A DNA stretch of 64,000 nucleotides, from positions 352,001 to 416,000 of the forward strand of contig CAXXDQ010000003.1 in the NCBI GenBank assembly GCA_963664325.2, in the 5' to 3' direction. The notes below the pieces were generated by a model, which made no database searches, had not been told where the DNA came from, and saw only the letters and a list, made by a program, of their open reading frames with translations. The translations under genes were made by a program, and so were the position numbers. Positions 53,414 through 63,708 of this stretch are shown in pieces. Origin of the DNA: Desulfomonilia bacterium. Lineage in GTDB: Bacteria; Desulfobacterota; Desulfomonilia; UBA1062. Each line of letters opens with the position of its first letter. Within the stretch, counting starts at the first letter, position 1.

Positions 53414-54895
53414 CTATTTCCAGTATCCGAGCATATGTTTGTAAAATTGTATAAATTCATTTTGCAATTCCTCATATATTCTGACGGATTTTTCATCAGG
53501 CTCGATAACGGTTTTTTCTGAAAAAAGCATGTTTGCAGCCCCGGATAAATCCGTTAACAACCCTAAACCGTATGCCCCGAGCATGCCGGCGCCGGATAGT
53601 GTTGTTTCGGGCTCTCCTGCGATTTCAACAGGCACACCGTAAACATCGGCCTTGATCCTGTTAAGAAGCCGGTTGCGGGTCGCACCACCGATGCAGCATA
53701 CCCTTTTAATTTTTACGCCAAGTTTTCTGAAGACCGCCGCGTTCATACCGAGCGCGAGAGCCGTGCCTTCCATGACGGCGCGGGAGAAATGACCTGATCT
53801 GTGCCCGGGAGTGATGCCGGCGAACATGCCCCGTGAGTTCACATTATCGCTCCTCCTCTCTCCGAGCAGGTAGGGATAGAACATGAGGCCGTCCGAGCCT
53901 TCGGAAATGTTCCCGGCAGATGTAATTATGTCATCATAAGATATACCGGCGCCGGCTGCCGATGAGATGAAATCCCTGCACCATTTCATGTTGAGCCCGC
54001 CCGTATCGAGCATGACGAAAGGCACCCAGCCGCCAAGCACATGCATGAGGTTCGAGACGGCAGGGTGAATAACAGGCGAATCCTTCTGAACGACGAAAAG
54101 GGAAGATGACCCTGTCATGTCAACAGCCGTTTCGCCGTCGGTCAGTCCGAGTGCAACCAGACTTACTATGAAATCACCGCCTCCCGCCATGACCGGTGTG
54201 CCTTCTGCCAGGCCGGTATGCATGGCGGCGTCTCTGGTAACACGGCCGATAATCTCATGAGACCTGAAAATCCCGGGGAACTTGTTCAGGTCAAGGCCGA
54301 GCCTTTCCGCCATTTCATCAGAATATTGCCCTTTATCCGAGTCAATCAGGAATGAACCCGAGGCCTCGCTGAAATCGGTTGCAAGGGAGCCTGTGAGTCT
54401 GTAATTGATGAAATCCTTGGGTACCAGGAAGCATTCCGTTTTTTCATATACCTCAGGCTGGTTGTCCTTTATCCATTTGACCTTGAGTCCGGTCCATCCG
54501 GCCCCCGGGACATTTCCCGTGGTTTCCTGAAGCAGTTTCTCGCCGAAGGAGAGCCTCGCCTTGATGCACTGAGGTTCGCACCTCTTGTCGCACCAGAGCT
54601 GGGTGAATTCCGTAGTGATGTCTCCGTCAAACCCGATGCCTGTCGGGCCGTGCATCTGGCCGCATGCCATGACACCTGCGATTTCCGATGGTCTTATTCC
54701 GCTCTTTGCCAGAACATCCCTTATGACGTTTGTTGTGATGTCCCACCAGGCGACGGGGTTTTGCTGAGCCCACCCCGGATGCGGGCTCTCGATTAAATGA
54801 ACCTGCTGAGATACGGCAACGGCCCTGCCTTCGGGCGTCATGAGGCCGGCCCGTATGCTCTGTGTTCCGAGGTCTATGGCCAGGATACGTTTCAT
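53414..54895 (-). CDS. FGGY carbohydrate kinase (xylulokinase-like)
   Basis: IDLGTQS, GQMHG, LWCDKR, PKDFI, TDFSEASGS, GGGD, GER, IGGA. Confidence 0.9.
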   Translation of the reverse strand: MKRILAIDLGTQSIRAGLMTPEGRAVAVSQQVHLIESPHPGWAQQNPVAWWDITTNVIRDVLAKSGIRPSEIAGVMACGQMHGPTGIGFDGDITTEFTQLWCDKRCEPQCIKARLSFGEKLLQETTGNVPGAGWTGLKVKWIKDNQPEVYEKTECFLVPKDFINYRLTGSLATDFSEASGSFLIDSDKGQYSDEMAERLGLDLNKFPGIFRSHEIIGRVTRDAAMHTGLAEGTPVMAGGGDFIVSLVALGLTDGETAVDMTGSSSLFVVQKDSPVIHPAVSNLMHVLGGWVPFVMLDTGGLNMKWCRDFISSAAGAGISYDDIITSAGNISEGSDGLMFYPYLLGERRSDNVNSRGMFAGITPGHRSGHFSRAVMEGTALALGMNAAVFRKLGVKIKRVCCIGGATRNRLLNRIKADVYGVPVEIAGEPETTLSGAGMLGAYGLGLLTDLSGAANMLFSEKTVIEPDEKSVRIYEELQNEFIQFYKHMLGYWK

Positions 54896-56073
54896 ATCCT
54901 CTCTTTCAATATCTCCGCAATATCTTCCCTGGTAAGCCTGACCGCATTGTTCTTAAGCTCGGTTTCACCGGCAATCCTGTCGATATCCGCATCAGTCACG
55001 CCGTAGCCGCGCAGGAGCGGCATTTGAAGCCTCTCGGACCAGCCGTAAAGCACGTCAGTCAGAATATCGCATAGTTCATTAACCTTTGATTCGTCATAGA
55101 CCCTTCCACTTAAAATGGCCCCGACCCATGCATGCTTTTTCAGCTGAACCCCGTCAGGGTCTTTTTCTTTTAAAACCTCAATATTCTTTTTAGTTGCCAC
55201 GGCAAGGAGCGTGCCGCAGATAACGCCGTGCGGGATATTAAAGAAGCCTCCTATCGCCGAGGCGAAGCCGTGAATGACCCCGAGGCCCGAATTGGCCAGT
55301 GTGATGCCCGATATGAGGGCTCCGTAGGCCATGTCCGAGCGAGCGCCGATGTCGCCAGCACCGGTGGTGCTGGCGCTGACAAGGCTCCTGCCGACAGCCT
55401 CCATGCCGCTCACGGCCAGGGCATCGGTCATGGGCGCAGGTTTTACCGACACATAGGATTCAAGAAGCTGGACGAACGCGTCCATGCCGCATGAGGCCGT
55501 TATTGCTCCGGGGCATGTCAGCATGAGCCCGGGGTCTATCAGTGCAACGTCCGGCACGAAATTATCATGCCTGAGAGATTTCTTATAACCTCCGGGCCCG
55601 ACCTTTGACAGCACGGCATTCTTGGTCGCCTCGCTGCCTGTTCCTGATGTTGTAGGAACAGCAATGAAAGGCACCTTTGTACCCGGGTGCACATCCCTGC
55701 CTATGCCTTCAAGAAAGCCCTCGACAGGCTTGTCAATCTTGAGCATTGCCGATACGGCCTTGCCTGAATCAACGGCGCTGCCTCCGCCCACAGAGACGAT
55801 GACCGAAATGTCATTTGCCCTGTATTTCTTTGCCATGGTGTCGATCAGGTTGGGTGAAGGTTCGGCCGTCACTGTTTCAACCGAGGCCGTGATGCCTTTT
55901 GTATTCAATCCGTTTAAAAGGTCATCAAGCTTGCCGGAGGTGTCCAGGAATCCGCCGCCTGAGATGATCAGCGCTTTTTTTCCGTATGCCGATATTATAT
56001 CCGGCAATGCCGAAAACTTGCCTGCCCCGAATTCTATCCTTGGTATCCTGGCAAAACCGAATGCGTTTATCAT
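54892..56073 (-). CDS. Iron-containing alcohol dehydrogenase
   Basis: GGGSAVDSGK, PTTSGTGSEAT, GMDA, GLGVIHG, IPHG. Confidence 0.92.
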   Translation of the reverse strand: MINAFGFARIPRIEFGAGKFSALPDIISAYGKKALIISGGGFLDTSGKLDDLLNGLNTKGITASVETVTAEPSPNLIDTMAKKYRANDISVIVSVGGGSAVDSGKAVSAMLKIDKPVEGFLEGIGRDVHPGTKVPFIAVPTTSGTGSEATKNAVLSKVGPGGYKKSLRHDNFVPDVALIDPGLMLTCPGAITASCGMDAFVQLLESYVSVKPAPMTDALAVSGMEAVGRSLVSASTTGAGDIGARSDMAYGALISGITLANSGLGVIHGFASAIGGFFNIPHGVICGTLLAVATKKNIEVLKEKDPDGVQLKKHAWVGAILSGRVYDESKVNELCDILTDVLYGWSERLQMPLLRGYGVTDADIDRIAGETELKNNAVRLTREDIAEILKERI

Positions 56074-56090
56074 TATAAGCACCTTGAAAT

Positions 56091-57071
56091 TTATTTTTGG
56101 CAAAGAGCCCTTAATCCATATGATTCAAAGCTTTCTGCTATCTGCTTTATCCTGTCTTCATCCAGCTTGCCGAACTCCCTGTAATCGGCGCCTCTGCCGA
56201 TCTTTTCAAATTTTGTTTTATACAGGGAATTATAAGGCATAAGATTGATATCACCATCAAAATCATATTTTTTGAAAAAGTCAGCGAATGCCTTGATTGA
56301 CGCTTCATCTGTGTTGACACCAGGTATTACTGGAATCCTTGGAACAAGCTTCTCGACTCCCGCCTTATCCAGAATCGAGATGAAATTATCGAGAATCCTC
56401 TTGTTGTCCTTTCCTGTCAAGGCTTTGTGCTTGGCCGCATCAATCTGCTTGAGGTCAAAAAGGAACAGGTCTGTCAGAGGAAGAAGTTCATCAATCAGGC
56501 TTTCGTCAAAATACCCGCATGTCTCTAATGCAGTATGAATGCCCGCCTTTTTTGATTGATCGAGCATCTCCAGCAGAAAAACCTTCTGCAGGCTTGGCTC
56601 GCCTCCCGAGAACGTCACGCCTCCACCTGAATTGTCATAAAACGGCCTGTCCGGCAAAACTGTTCCGATTACCTCTTTCACATCCATTTCTTTGCCTATC
56701 ATTTGCGTCGCCCCTGTCTCACAGACCGAGACACACATGCCGCAGGCTTTGCAGCGGGAGCCATCCCTGATGAGACTCCTGGCTTTTGCAGAAAGACTTC
56801 TGGATAAGATTGTTTTTATTTTGTTTATCGACTTGTCAGCTTGCGATTTATCAGCCAGCCTCAATGCTTTGTTCTGGCATACCTTCACGCACTTGCCGCA
56901 ACAGACGCACTTTTCTGAAAGGTATCCGGTCTCGGGTTTCATCTTCTGAGATTCGGGATTTTGGCACCAGGCGCATTTTAAGGGACAGCCTTTCAGGAAA
57001 ACGACAGTCCGGATTCCGGGGCCGTCGTGGATGCAGTAATGCTGAATGTCGAAGATAATTCCCATTCCCAT
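56091..57071 (-). CDS. Glycyl-radical enzyme activating enzyme (radical SAM with ferredoxin insert)
   Basis: HDGPGIRTVVFLKGCPLKCAWCQNPES; two CxxCxxCxxxC motifs; GGVTFSGGEP. Confidence 0.95.
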   Translation of the reverse strand: MGMGIIFDIQHYCIHDGPGIRTVVFLKGCPLKCAWCQNPESQKMKPETGYLSEKCVCCGKCVKVCQNKALRLADKSQADKSINKIKTILSRSLSAKARSLIRDGSRCKACGMCVSVCETGATQMIGKEMDVKEVIGTVLPDRPFYDNSGGGVTFSGGEPSLQKVFLLEMLDQSKKAGIHTALETCGYFDESLIDELLPLTDLFLFDLKQIDAAKHKALTGKDNKRILDNFISILDKAGVEKLVPRIPVIPGVNTDEASIKAFADFFKKYDFDGDINLMPYNSLYKTKFEKIGRGADYREFGKLDEDRIKQIAESFESYGLRALCQK

Positions 57072-57074
57072 TTG

Positions 57075-59642
57075 TCAGACCTGCTGGTGCTCCGAGCGCG
57101 AGATGATTTCCTCCTGAATCTCATAACCCAGGTCAACAAAATAGGCGCTGTAGCCGCCGACCTTCACGATCACATCCTGGTAGGAGTCAGGGTCTTTCTG
57201 CGCGGCCCTTAAAACTTCCGTTGAAACGACGGTAGGCTGAATCTGCTCACCGCCCATCTTGAAATAAGTATCAATGAGCGAGATCCATTTTTCTCTGACA
57301 GCGCCGGTTTCCCCGATACCTGTCGGGTGCATGCGGATATTGACGGCGCAGCCCAGTACATGGGAATAGTCCAGGGCTGAAACCGATTTTAAAACACCGG
57401 TAGGGCCTTTTGTATCGACGTTATAGGGGTTGCAGCTTGCTGCAAAAGGTTTGGCCGCCTTCCTGCCGTCGGGAGTCGCGATGAATATGCGGCCGTCATA
57501 GGTATGCGCGGTCATGCTGTTTATAAATGGTGCGTAAATTCCACCTTTATATGTCCTGTATTTTGACATCTCCTCGAAAATCGCTGTCGTAACCTTCCGG
57601 GCGATTTTATCGGTCTCGGGATTGCCATTGCCCCATTTTCCGGGCAGTGACAGGATATTTGCAAGCATGCCCTCATAGCCCTCATAATTGCTGTCGATTG
57701 CCTGAAGAAGTTCCCTGATGCTGAACAGCCTCTGTTCATAGACAAGCTTTTTGATAACATAAAGCGAGTCTGTCAGGTTCGCTATGCTGTTCATGACGAG
57801 AATGCCCTCAAGGTCATACACCGCCCCGCCCTGCGTAACATCCTTCTTTTTTTCAAGGCAACCCTGCATGAAAGCCGAAATGAGAGGCGCAGGCAGGTTC
57901 TCGGCATGCGTTTTGTCCCTGATAAACGAGGCCCGGGCAATGTTCCTTATCTGCAGGGAGGCCTGCTTTATGAACGCGTTTTCGAAATCTCCGTAAGACC
58001 TGAACGAATCCGGGTCGCCGGTTTTCAGCCCTGCGTCCTTGACAAGACATATGACGACCTGGGCGTCTCCGTTTCTGAGCGTCATGTCGAGCGTCCGGCA
58101 GAGCAGGATGGAACTGAAAGCCTCGCCTCCGGTCTTGCCCGGCGCGCACATGTCGACGCAGCCGGTTATTGCATAATCAAGGGCATCCTCATGGGAGAAG
58201 CCGTGCTTTTCGAGCGCCCTGACAGCGATTTCATCGTTCATTATGGAGATGCTCGAATTGCCCCTGTGCTGAAGTTCGGCGACCTTTTCCATCAGTTCCC
58301 TGGGGCTGTCCTTATGGATACGTACTGCAAAGTTGAGCGCCGCCTTTGATTCCGCGGCGGCATCAAGCATGACATATGTAAGCTCATTTGTGGCGTCTCG
58401 GCCGTCATGCGTCAGACCGCCCATTGTCACGGGCTCGGAGCCCTCATAGCGTTGTGTGAAATAGGCAGTGAAATTTGAGTACGGCCTCATGTTGTGGCTC
58501 ATGATCTTTAAAAAAAGCTCCTGCAGAATAAGAGAGGCTTCTCCTTCTGTAATCCGGCCTTCCTTCAGGTCATTTATGTAAAAGGGATAAAAAATCTGGT
58601 CGAGCCTTCCGGGTGCATGAACGTTGAAAGGTACGGCCAGCTCGACCGCTGTCTTGACCGTCCAGTACGACTGAACGGCCTCTTTGAAGGTGCGGGCCGG
58701 GTTCAGCGGGACTTTTGAACATGTCTCATACATTTCCGACAGGATGCGCCTCTGTTCGGGGTCGGTCTCTTTCCCAAGCTCCAAACCGAGCTTTTCGGCA
58801 AGGCGTTTTGAAAAAGTGATTACACCTTCAAGTGCTGTCTCGACTGATTTTAAAAAGGTATACTCTTCTTCGGCCTCAGCGCAGGTCGAGCTTAGAAGCG
58901 CGCTCACCTCATCCTTCATGGACAGGAGCCCTTTTTTGACGGGGGTTACATGATCGAGTATGAGATGCCCTTGCCATGTGCCCAGCGCGGCGCCTGCGGA
59001 AATCACCATGTCGTTCCTTGAGGTCGCCTGTGGCATGGCCGCTGTAAGGCTCTCAAGCTCGCCCCTGTGAATGTCAGTTTTGTCGACTGCGGACTTGATT
59101 TTATCGACCAGCGTTTTTCCCTTCCAGAAGGGCAGGAGTTTCTTTTGCAGGATGCGCTTGTCAACTGGGCTGATCCTGTATGGGTTTATCTTCCTTCTGT
59201 CCATTGTGGACAGGCCGATTGATGGCATGGCGATGCCCAGGCCCTTCATTTTCTTAAGGTTTTGAAAAAAGTTTGCAATGCCGTGACGCCTGAACATGTA
59301 GAGAAGGAACCTGGCATTGGATTTTATCTGATAGAAGAGCATGGAGCCCACATCCAGTTCGGTCTCGAATACGTTATTGAAAAGCCCCCTCTCGATATCG
59401 ACCGGGATGCCGAGAAAATTCTCCGTCCATGTGCCTGCAATGCGGTCGTCGGGATCAATATGAAACCCCATGTTATCATAGACATGCTTCATGGACTCGG
59501 CCGCTTTTATGGCGTTCGGCACCGAAGAATCCATTGAAATCCACTTTTCGGTAAATAACCCGGCCCTCTGGATTGAAATGAAAGGGGTCTCTTTGACGTA
59601 TCGGTTTCTGAGACTTTTAATCCTGTCGGGCCCTGTTCTCAT
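57075..59642 (-). CDS. Glycyl radical enzyme (non-PFL, eliminase-like), substrate unknown
   Basis: GRLDQ, Cys loop AITGCVDM, KWGN, ATPDGRKA, Gly loop VKVGGYSAYF; adjacent activase. Confidence 0.92.
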   Translation of the reverse strand: MRTGPDRIKSLRNRYVKETPFISIQRAGLFTEKWISMDSSVPNAIKAAESMKHVYDNMGFHIDPDDRIAGTWTENFLGIPVDIERGLFNNVFETELDVGSMLFYQIKSNARFLLYMFRRHGIANFFQNLKKMKGLGIAMPSIGLSTMDRRKINPYRISPVDKRILQKKLLPFWKGKTLVDKIKSAVDKTDIHRGELESLTAAMPQATSRNDMVISAGAALGTWQGHLILDHVTPVKKGLLSMKDEVSALLSSTCAEAEEEYTFLKSVETALEGVITFSKRLAEKLGLELGKETDPEQRRILSEMYETCSKVPLNPARTFKEAVQSYWTVKTAVELAVPFNVHAPGRLDQIFYPFYINDLKEGRITEGEASLILQELFLKIMSHNMRPYSNFTAYFTQRYEGSEPVTMGGLTHDGRDATNELTYVMLDAAAESKAALNFAVRIHKDSPRELMEKVAELQHRGNSSISIMNDEIAVRALEKHGFSHEDALDYAITGCVDMCAPGKTGGEAFSSILLCRTLDMTLRNGDAQVVICLVKDAGLKTGDPDSFRSYGDFENAFIKQASLQIRNIARASFIRDKTHAENLPAPLISAFMQGCLEKKKDVTQGGAVYDLEGILVMNSIANLTDSLYVIKKLVYEQRLFSIRELLQAIDSNYEGYEGMLANILSLPGKWGNGNPETDKIARKVTTAIFEEMSKYRTYKGGIYAPFINSMTAHTYDGRIFIATPDGRKAAKPFAASCNPYNVDTKGPTGVLKSVSALDYSHVLGCAVNIRMHPTGIGETGAVREKWISLIDTYFKMGGEQIQPTVVSTEVLRAAQKDPDSYQDVIVKVGGYSAYFVDLGYEIQEEIISRSEHQQV

Positions 59643-61013
59643 TTACTTTTCCCTTGTCTTAAGCTCGTCAAGGATTCTTTTGTGGTATGCGGCGTCTATC
59701 GGGTAGAAGAAAATCAGGATCATACCCAGAATGATAAAGGCGATCGGGATGAATGAAATTAATAGTCTTATGCCGACAAGCGTCTCCCCTGTCTGCTGAA
59801 CATTTGCAATAAATCCGAAATGTGCAAGCCCGGTGCCGGCCACATATCCTGAAATGGCTGAGCCTATTTTCATGCACAGAAAATAGACGCCGTATATCGT
59901 GCCCTCGCGTCTCAGTCCTGTTTTCCATTCGGAATATTCGACAGTGTCAGGCACCATGGCCCAGGGGAAAAGAAAGACTGTGGACATTCCGATTCCTGCA
60001 ATAAAGAACAGTGCAAAGATGGCATAGAGATTATCGCCGGGCATGAAATACATCCCTGTCAGGGATGCCATTAGCATGATCATCCCCACATTGAACCCGA
60101 ATTTTTTGCTCTTTTTGTTCGAGAGCCATATGAATGCAGGTATGAAAACCGCAGCTGTGACAAACAACGCAATAAATGCGATTGAGACGAGGTTTTCTTT
60201 ATGAAGATTGTATTTGAAGAAATAAACTACAATTATCGCCAGCAGGTTGACTGCAGCCATGTAAAGGGTGACGCCGCCGGCCAGAAGGAGAAAAGGGCCG
60301 TTTAAAAAAATTACTTTCAGATTCTCAAAAAAAGGAAGCTTTTCCTCCAGGTCGACATGCTTGACCCTTTCCCTGACGGTAGAAAATGTTATCAGAATAA
60401 TAACGGCTATGATAATACCGTATATGGCGCCTATCCATCTGAATCCGGTTGCCTCGTTCGGAAACAGCGACGCCAGAGGTTTGGTAGCCGCCGCTGCGAA
60501 AAGGGTCCCCAGGAGGGCGAACGTCATCCTGAATCCGGTAATGCCAGAACGTTCTTTGGCATCAAGGGTCATGTCTGCGGTTAAGGCTCCGTACGGCACG
60601 TTGACCGTGGCTATGGCAGTGCTGAAAACAATGAATGTCGCCGCTGCGTAAATTATTTTCATGTTAAGGCTTAGATGAGGTCCGTAAAAAAGAAGAAAGG
60701 TCATAAGGCCCAGAGGGACGGCCCCGAAAAGCAGAAACGGGCGCTTTCTTCCCCATCTGGAATTCGTGTGGTCGCTGATGGTTCCGATTATGGGGTCTAC
60801 TACGGCGTCCCAGATTTTGGATCCCATGAATATCATGCCCGCAATCCCGACAGGCAGCATGAAAACATCAGTAAAAAAGTAGAGAAGGTACAAGGCGCAA
60901 ACCTGATAACCGAGGCAAAAAGCAAAATCGCCCACGCCGTATCCGAATTTCATACCCAGGGGGACCCTTTCCGATTCCGCCAATGTCAAATCTTTTTCCA
61001 ATGTTTTTGTCAT
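59643..61013 (-). CDS. GPH (glycoside-pentoside-hexuronide):cation symporter, copy 1
   Basis: YGVGD, IWDAVVDP..G..SD.T.SRWGRKRPFLL, VPYGAL, PDTVEY.EWKTG.RREG. Confidence 0.93.
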   Translation of the reverse strand: MTKTLEKDLTLAESERVPLGMKFGYGVGDFAFCLGYQVCALYLLYFFTDVFMLPVGIAGMIFMGSKIWDAVVDPIIGTISDHTNSRWGRKRPFLLFGAVPLGLMTFLLFYGPHLSLNMKIIYAAATFIVFSTAIATVNVPYGALTADMTLDAKERSGITGFRMTFALLGTLFAAAATKPLASLFPNEATGFRWIGAIYGIIIAVIILITFSTVRERVKHVDLEEKLPFFENLKVIFLNGPFLLLAGGVTLYMAAVNLLAIIVVYFFKYNLHKENLVSIAFIALFVTAAVFIPAFIWLSNKKSKKFGFNVGMIMLMASLTGMYFMPGDNLYAIFALFFIAGIGMSTVFLFPWAMVPDTVEYSEWKTGLRREGTIYGVYFLCMKIGSAISGYVAGTGLAHFGFIANVQQTGETLVGIRLLISFIPIAFIILGMILIFFYPIDAAYHKRILDELKTREK

Positions 61014-61196
61014 GAAACATCCTTGAATTTTATTTTTCAGCAAGAGTAACTGAACATGATTCAGTAATAAACTTATAAGCTCCCATAGTCAATATCCATA
61101 ATCAATGTTGGGATTTTCTGAGCATATTTCACAAAAGGTATCCTGCAACATCTTCATGATTCGTTTGAGTTAAGGAATTGACCGGATTGCTGGCAT

Positions 61197-62346
61197 TCAG
61201 TATTCGCCGAATGCATGGGCTGCTTCCACCATGACTTTCAATTTGGAAGCGGGGTACAGTATCAATGGAATGCGCAGCGGCAAGTATGTATCTGCCTCCT
61301 TGGGCAAGCCCGTCTATAAGCCTTCTTACTTCTTCAACTACTTCTTCGGCGGTTGAACGTTCCGTCAACAAATAGTCAACACCGACATTTCCCATAATGG
61401 TGATCCTGTCACCGTGGAGTCTTTTCTCACTGTAAATATCCACGTTGGATGTCGGCTCGAATGCATGGAACCCGTCGAACCCCCAGGATATAAATGTATC
61501 GAACAAGAGCGTGTTGTCACCGCATGAATGCAGAAGCATTCTTGCGGAGCGGGCATGAACGGCTTTAATCACTTTCCTGTAAAATGGGCCGAAGACTTCG
61601 TTTACCATCTTCGGACCGAAAAAAGGTCCCGTTTTCTGTGCGAAGTCATCACCTATCAGAATGACTTTTGCCCCGGCGTCCAGCACGGCAGTGACCGAAT
61701 TGAAAATAATATCTGAACACCAGTCAAGGTATTGTTCTGTAAGCTTTTTTTCCTTCTTCATCCACAGGGGGGCATTTCCGATTCCTACTGAGAGCAGAAG
61801 GCTGTCCTGCAAACCGCCACATGGGCAGGCGAAGATGCAGATATCCTCACCATATTTATCAAGCATCCTTTTGTAGAATTTATATATTCTTTGAGCGTAA
61901 TCGTCCGGGCTTTCGAAATACGGCCATTCTTCGAAGTCTTTGGATGATCTTATCGCTGGCCCTCGGTACATGTAGCTCATGTTCCCGTAACCGTCTTCGA
62001 TCAGGTTGTAGATGAGCCCGTTGATATTTGCCATTGTATCATAATCCAGAATGACCATGTTCTCTCCGCATGCAAGCCACATGGCGTCGAATCCGAACCT
62101 TATCGCAGCTTTGGTGTGCTTTTCCATCCCGCCGTTAATGGCATTGTGTGCAATATGAGTGCTGATCTTCTGGTGATTGTTCAGGACATGTTTCATGAAC
62201 GGATTTCTGAAGAGTGCCTTGGGGGGTATAATGGGTTTTCCCATGATTTCATTTGCCGTCCTGTCCTCAAGGCCCGCGCACATAACCGGCACCCTGTCGA
62301 CAGGCAATCCGTCCATAGTTCTCAAAACTCGCTCGGTGGGGTTCAT
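61197..62346 (-). CDS. Uroporphyrinogen decarboxylase-fold (MtaA/CmuA-like) protein; 1-nt indel near 61252
   Basis: MNPTERV....G.PVDRVP, IGDDFAQKTGP, LHSCG, MGNV, GGRYIL; removing one base gives ...ASKLKVMVEAAHAFGEY* ending at 61197. Confidence 0.85.
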
Positions 62347-63708
62347 ATACTTTCCTTCATGGCTCCTATATCGCCGATGATCTTTAAATGGGCCTTTTCG
62401 TCGATGGGATAGAAAGAGAAAACTGTCATTCCGGCAATGATGAAAAGCAGCGGAACCAGCGTGACCATCACTTTTATGCCGAAAAGGGCAGTACCGCTCT
62501 GAACAGTATTAGGGACATAACCCGAAAGCTTTAGTCCCCAGCCGGCTATGAACCGGAAACAGCAGCGCTTATTTTGAAGCACAGGAAAAAGCATCCGAAC
62601 AGCGTCCCTTCACGCCTCAATCCTGTTTTCAGCTCCGAGTATTCGACAGTATCGGGAACAAGCGCCCAGGGAGAAAGATAGATCGTGGAAAAACCTATAC
62701 CGCCGAGAATGAAAAGCAGCATTACAATCGTTGTGCCGGCATCTCCCAAAAAGTAAAAAAGTATGAGCATAAGGCCCAGAAGGCCTACGCCAAGATTGAA
62801 GGCGAACTTCTTCCCTCTGGCCTTTGATATGAAAACGAATACGGGAATAAAGATTGCAGCCGTTACAAACAGGGCGAGAAATGCAAAAGGGATCATCTTT
62901 TCCATCCGAAGATTGTATTTGAAATAGTAATTTACCATTGCCGCAAGCAGATAGACCGCTATCATGTAAAGGACAGTTGAGGTAGCAAGGATGATAAACG
63001 GTGTATTGACCTTGATCACCCAAAGGCTGTTCTTTATGGAAAGCTTCTCTTCTAACGGGTGAGCTACCCGCTCTCTGACGCTGGCGAAGGTGATGATCAG
63101 TATCACTGAGATTATGATTGCATAAAAGATTCCAACCATCCTGAAGCCGTAGGCCTCATTCGGGAATAATGCAACCAGAGGTTTTGTAGCCCCTGCAGCG
63201 AAGAGTGAACCGAGAAGGGCGAATATCCCCTGAAGCCGGATATGCTCGATCGCTCTTTTGCATCCAGAGTCATGTCTGCAATCAATGCCGCATAAGGCAC
63301 ACTGACTACTGCGATAGCTGTGCTGAAAAGCATAAAGGTCACCGTCGCATAGGCTATTCTGTAGCCCTCTGACAGTTTGGGGCCGGCGAACACCAGAAAG
63401 ACAGCCAGCGACAGAGGTATTGCCCCAAACAGCAGATACGGACGCTTTTTCCCCCATTTAGTTCTTGTATGGTCGGTAATGACGCCGACAACAGGGTCGC
63501 TTACGGCATCCCAGAGTTTTGAGACCATAAAGATGGTACCTGCGCTCACGGCGCTTATCATGAACACATCGGTGAAAAAGTAGATAAGATAAAGCGCGCA
63601 AACCTGATAGGCAACATTAACGGCGAAGTCGCCCGTTCCGTATCCGAACTTCATCGAGAACGGGATATTATCTCTTCCCTCGATGTTTTGAACCGGCATA
63701 CTTTTCAT
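62343..63708 (-). CDS. GPH symporter, copy 2 (two apparent frameshifts)
   Basis: Paralog of 59643-61013: YGTGD, LWDAVSDP, KWGKKRPYLL, PDTVEYSELKTGLRREG; pieces in three frames. Confidence 0.85.

Noticed and set aside
57075-59642. Pyruvate formate-lyase (pflB)
   Set aside because: Single active-site Cys (GCVD) rather than the PFL Cys-Cys pair; the activase has a ferredoxin insert typical of non-PFL GREs
61197-62346. Heme biosynthesis hemE
   Set aside because: Lacks the RQAGR motif of true UroD, has HSCG, and sits in a catabolic operon
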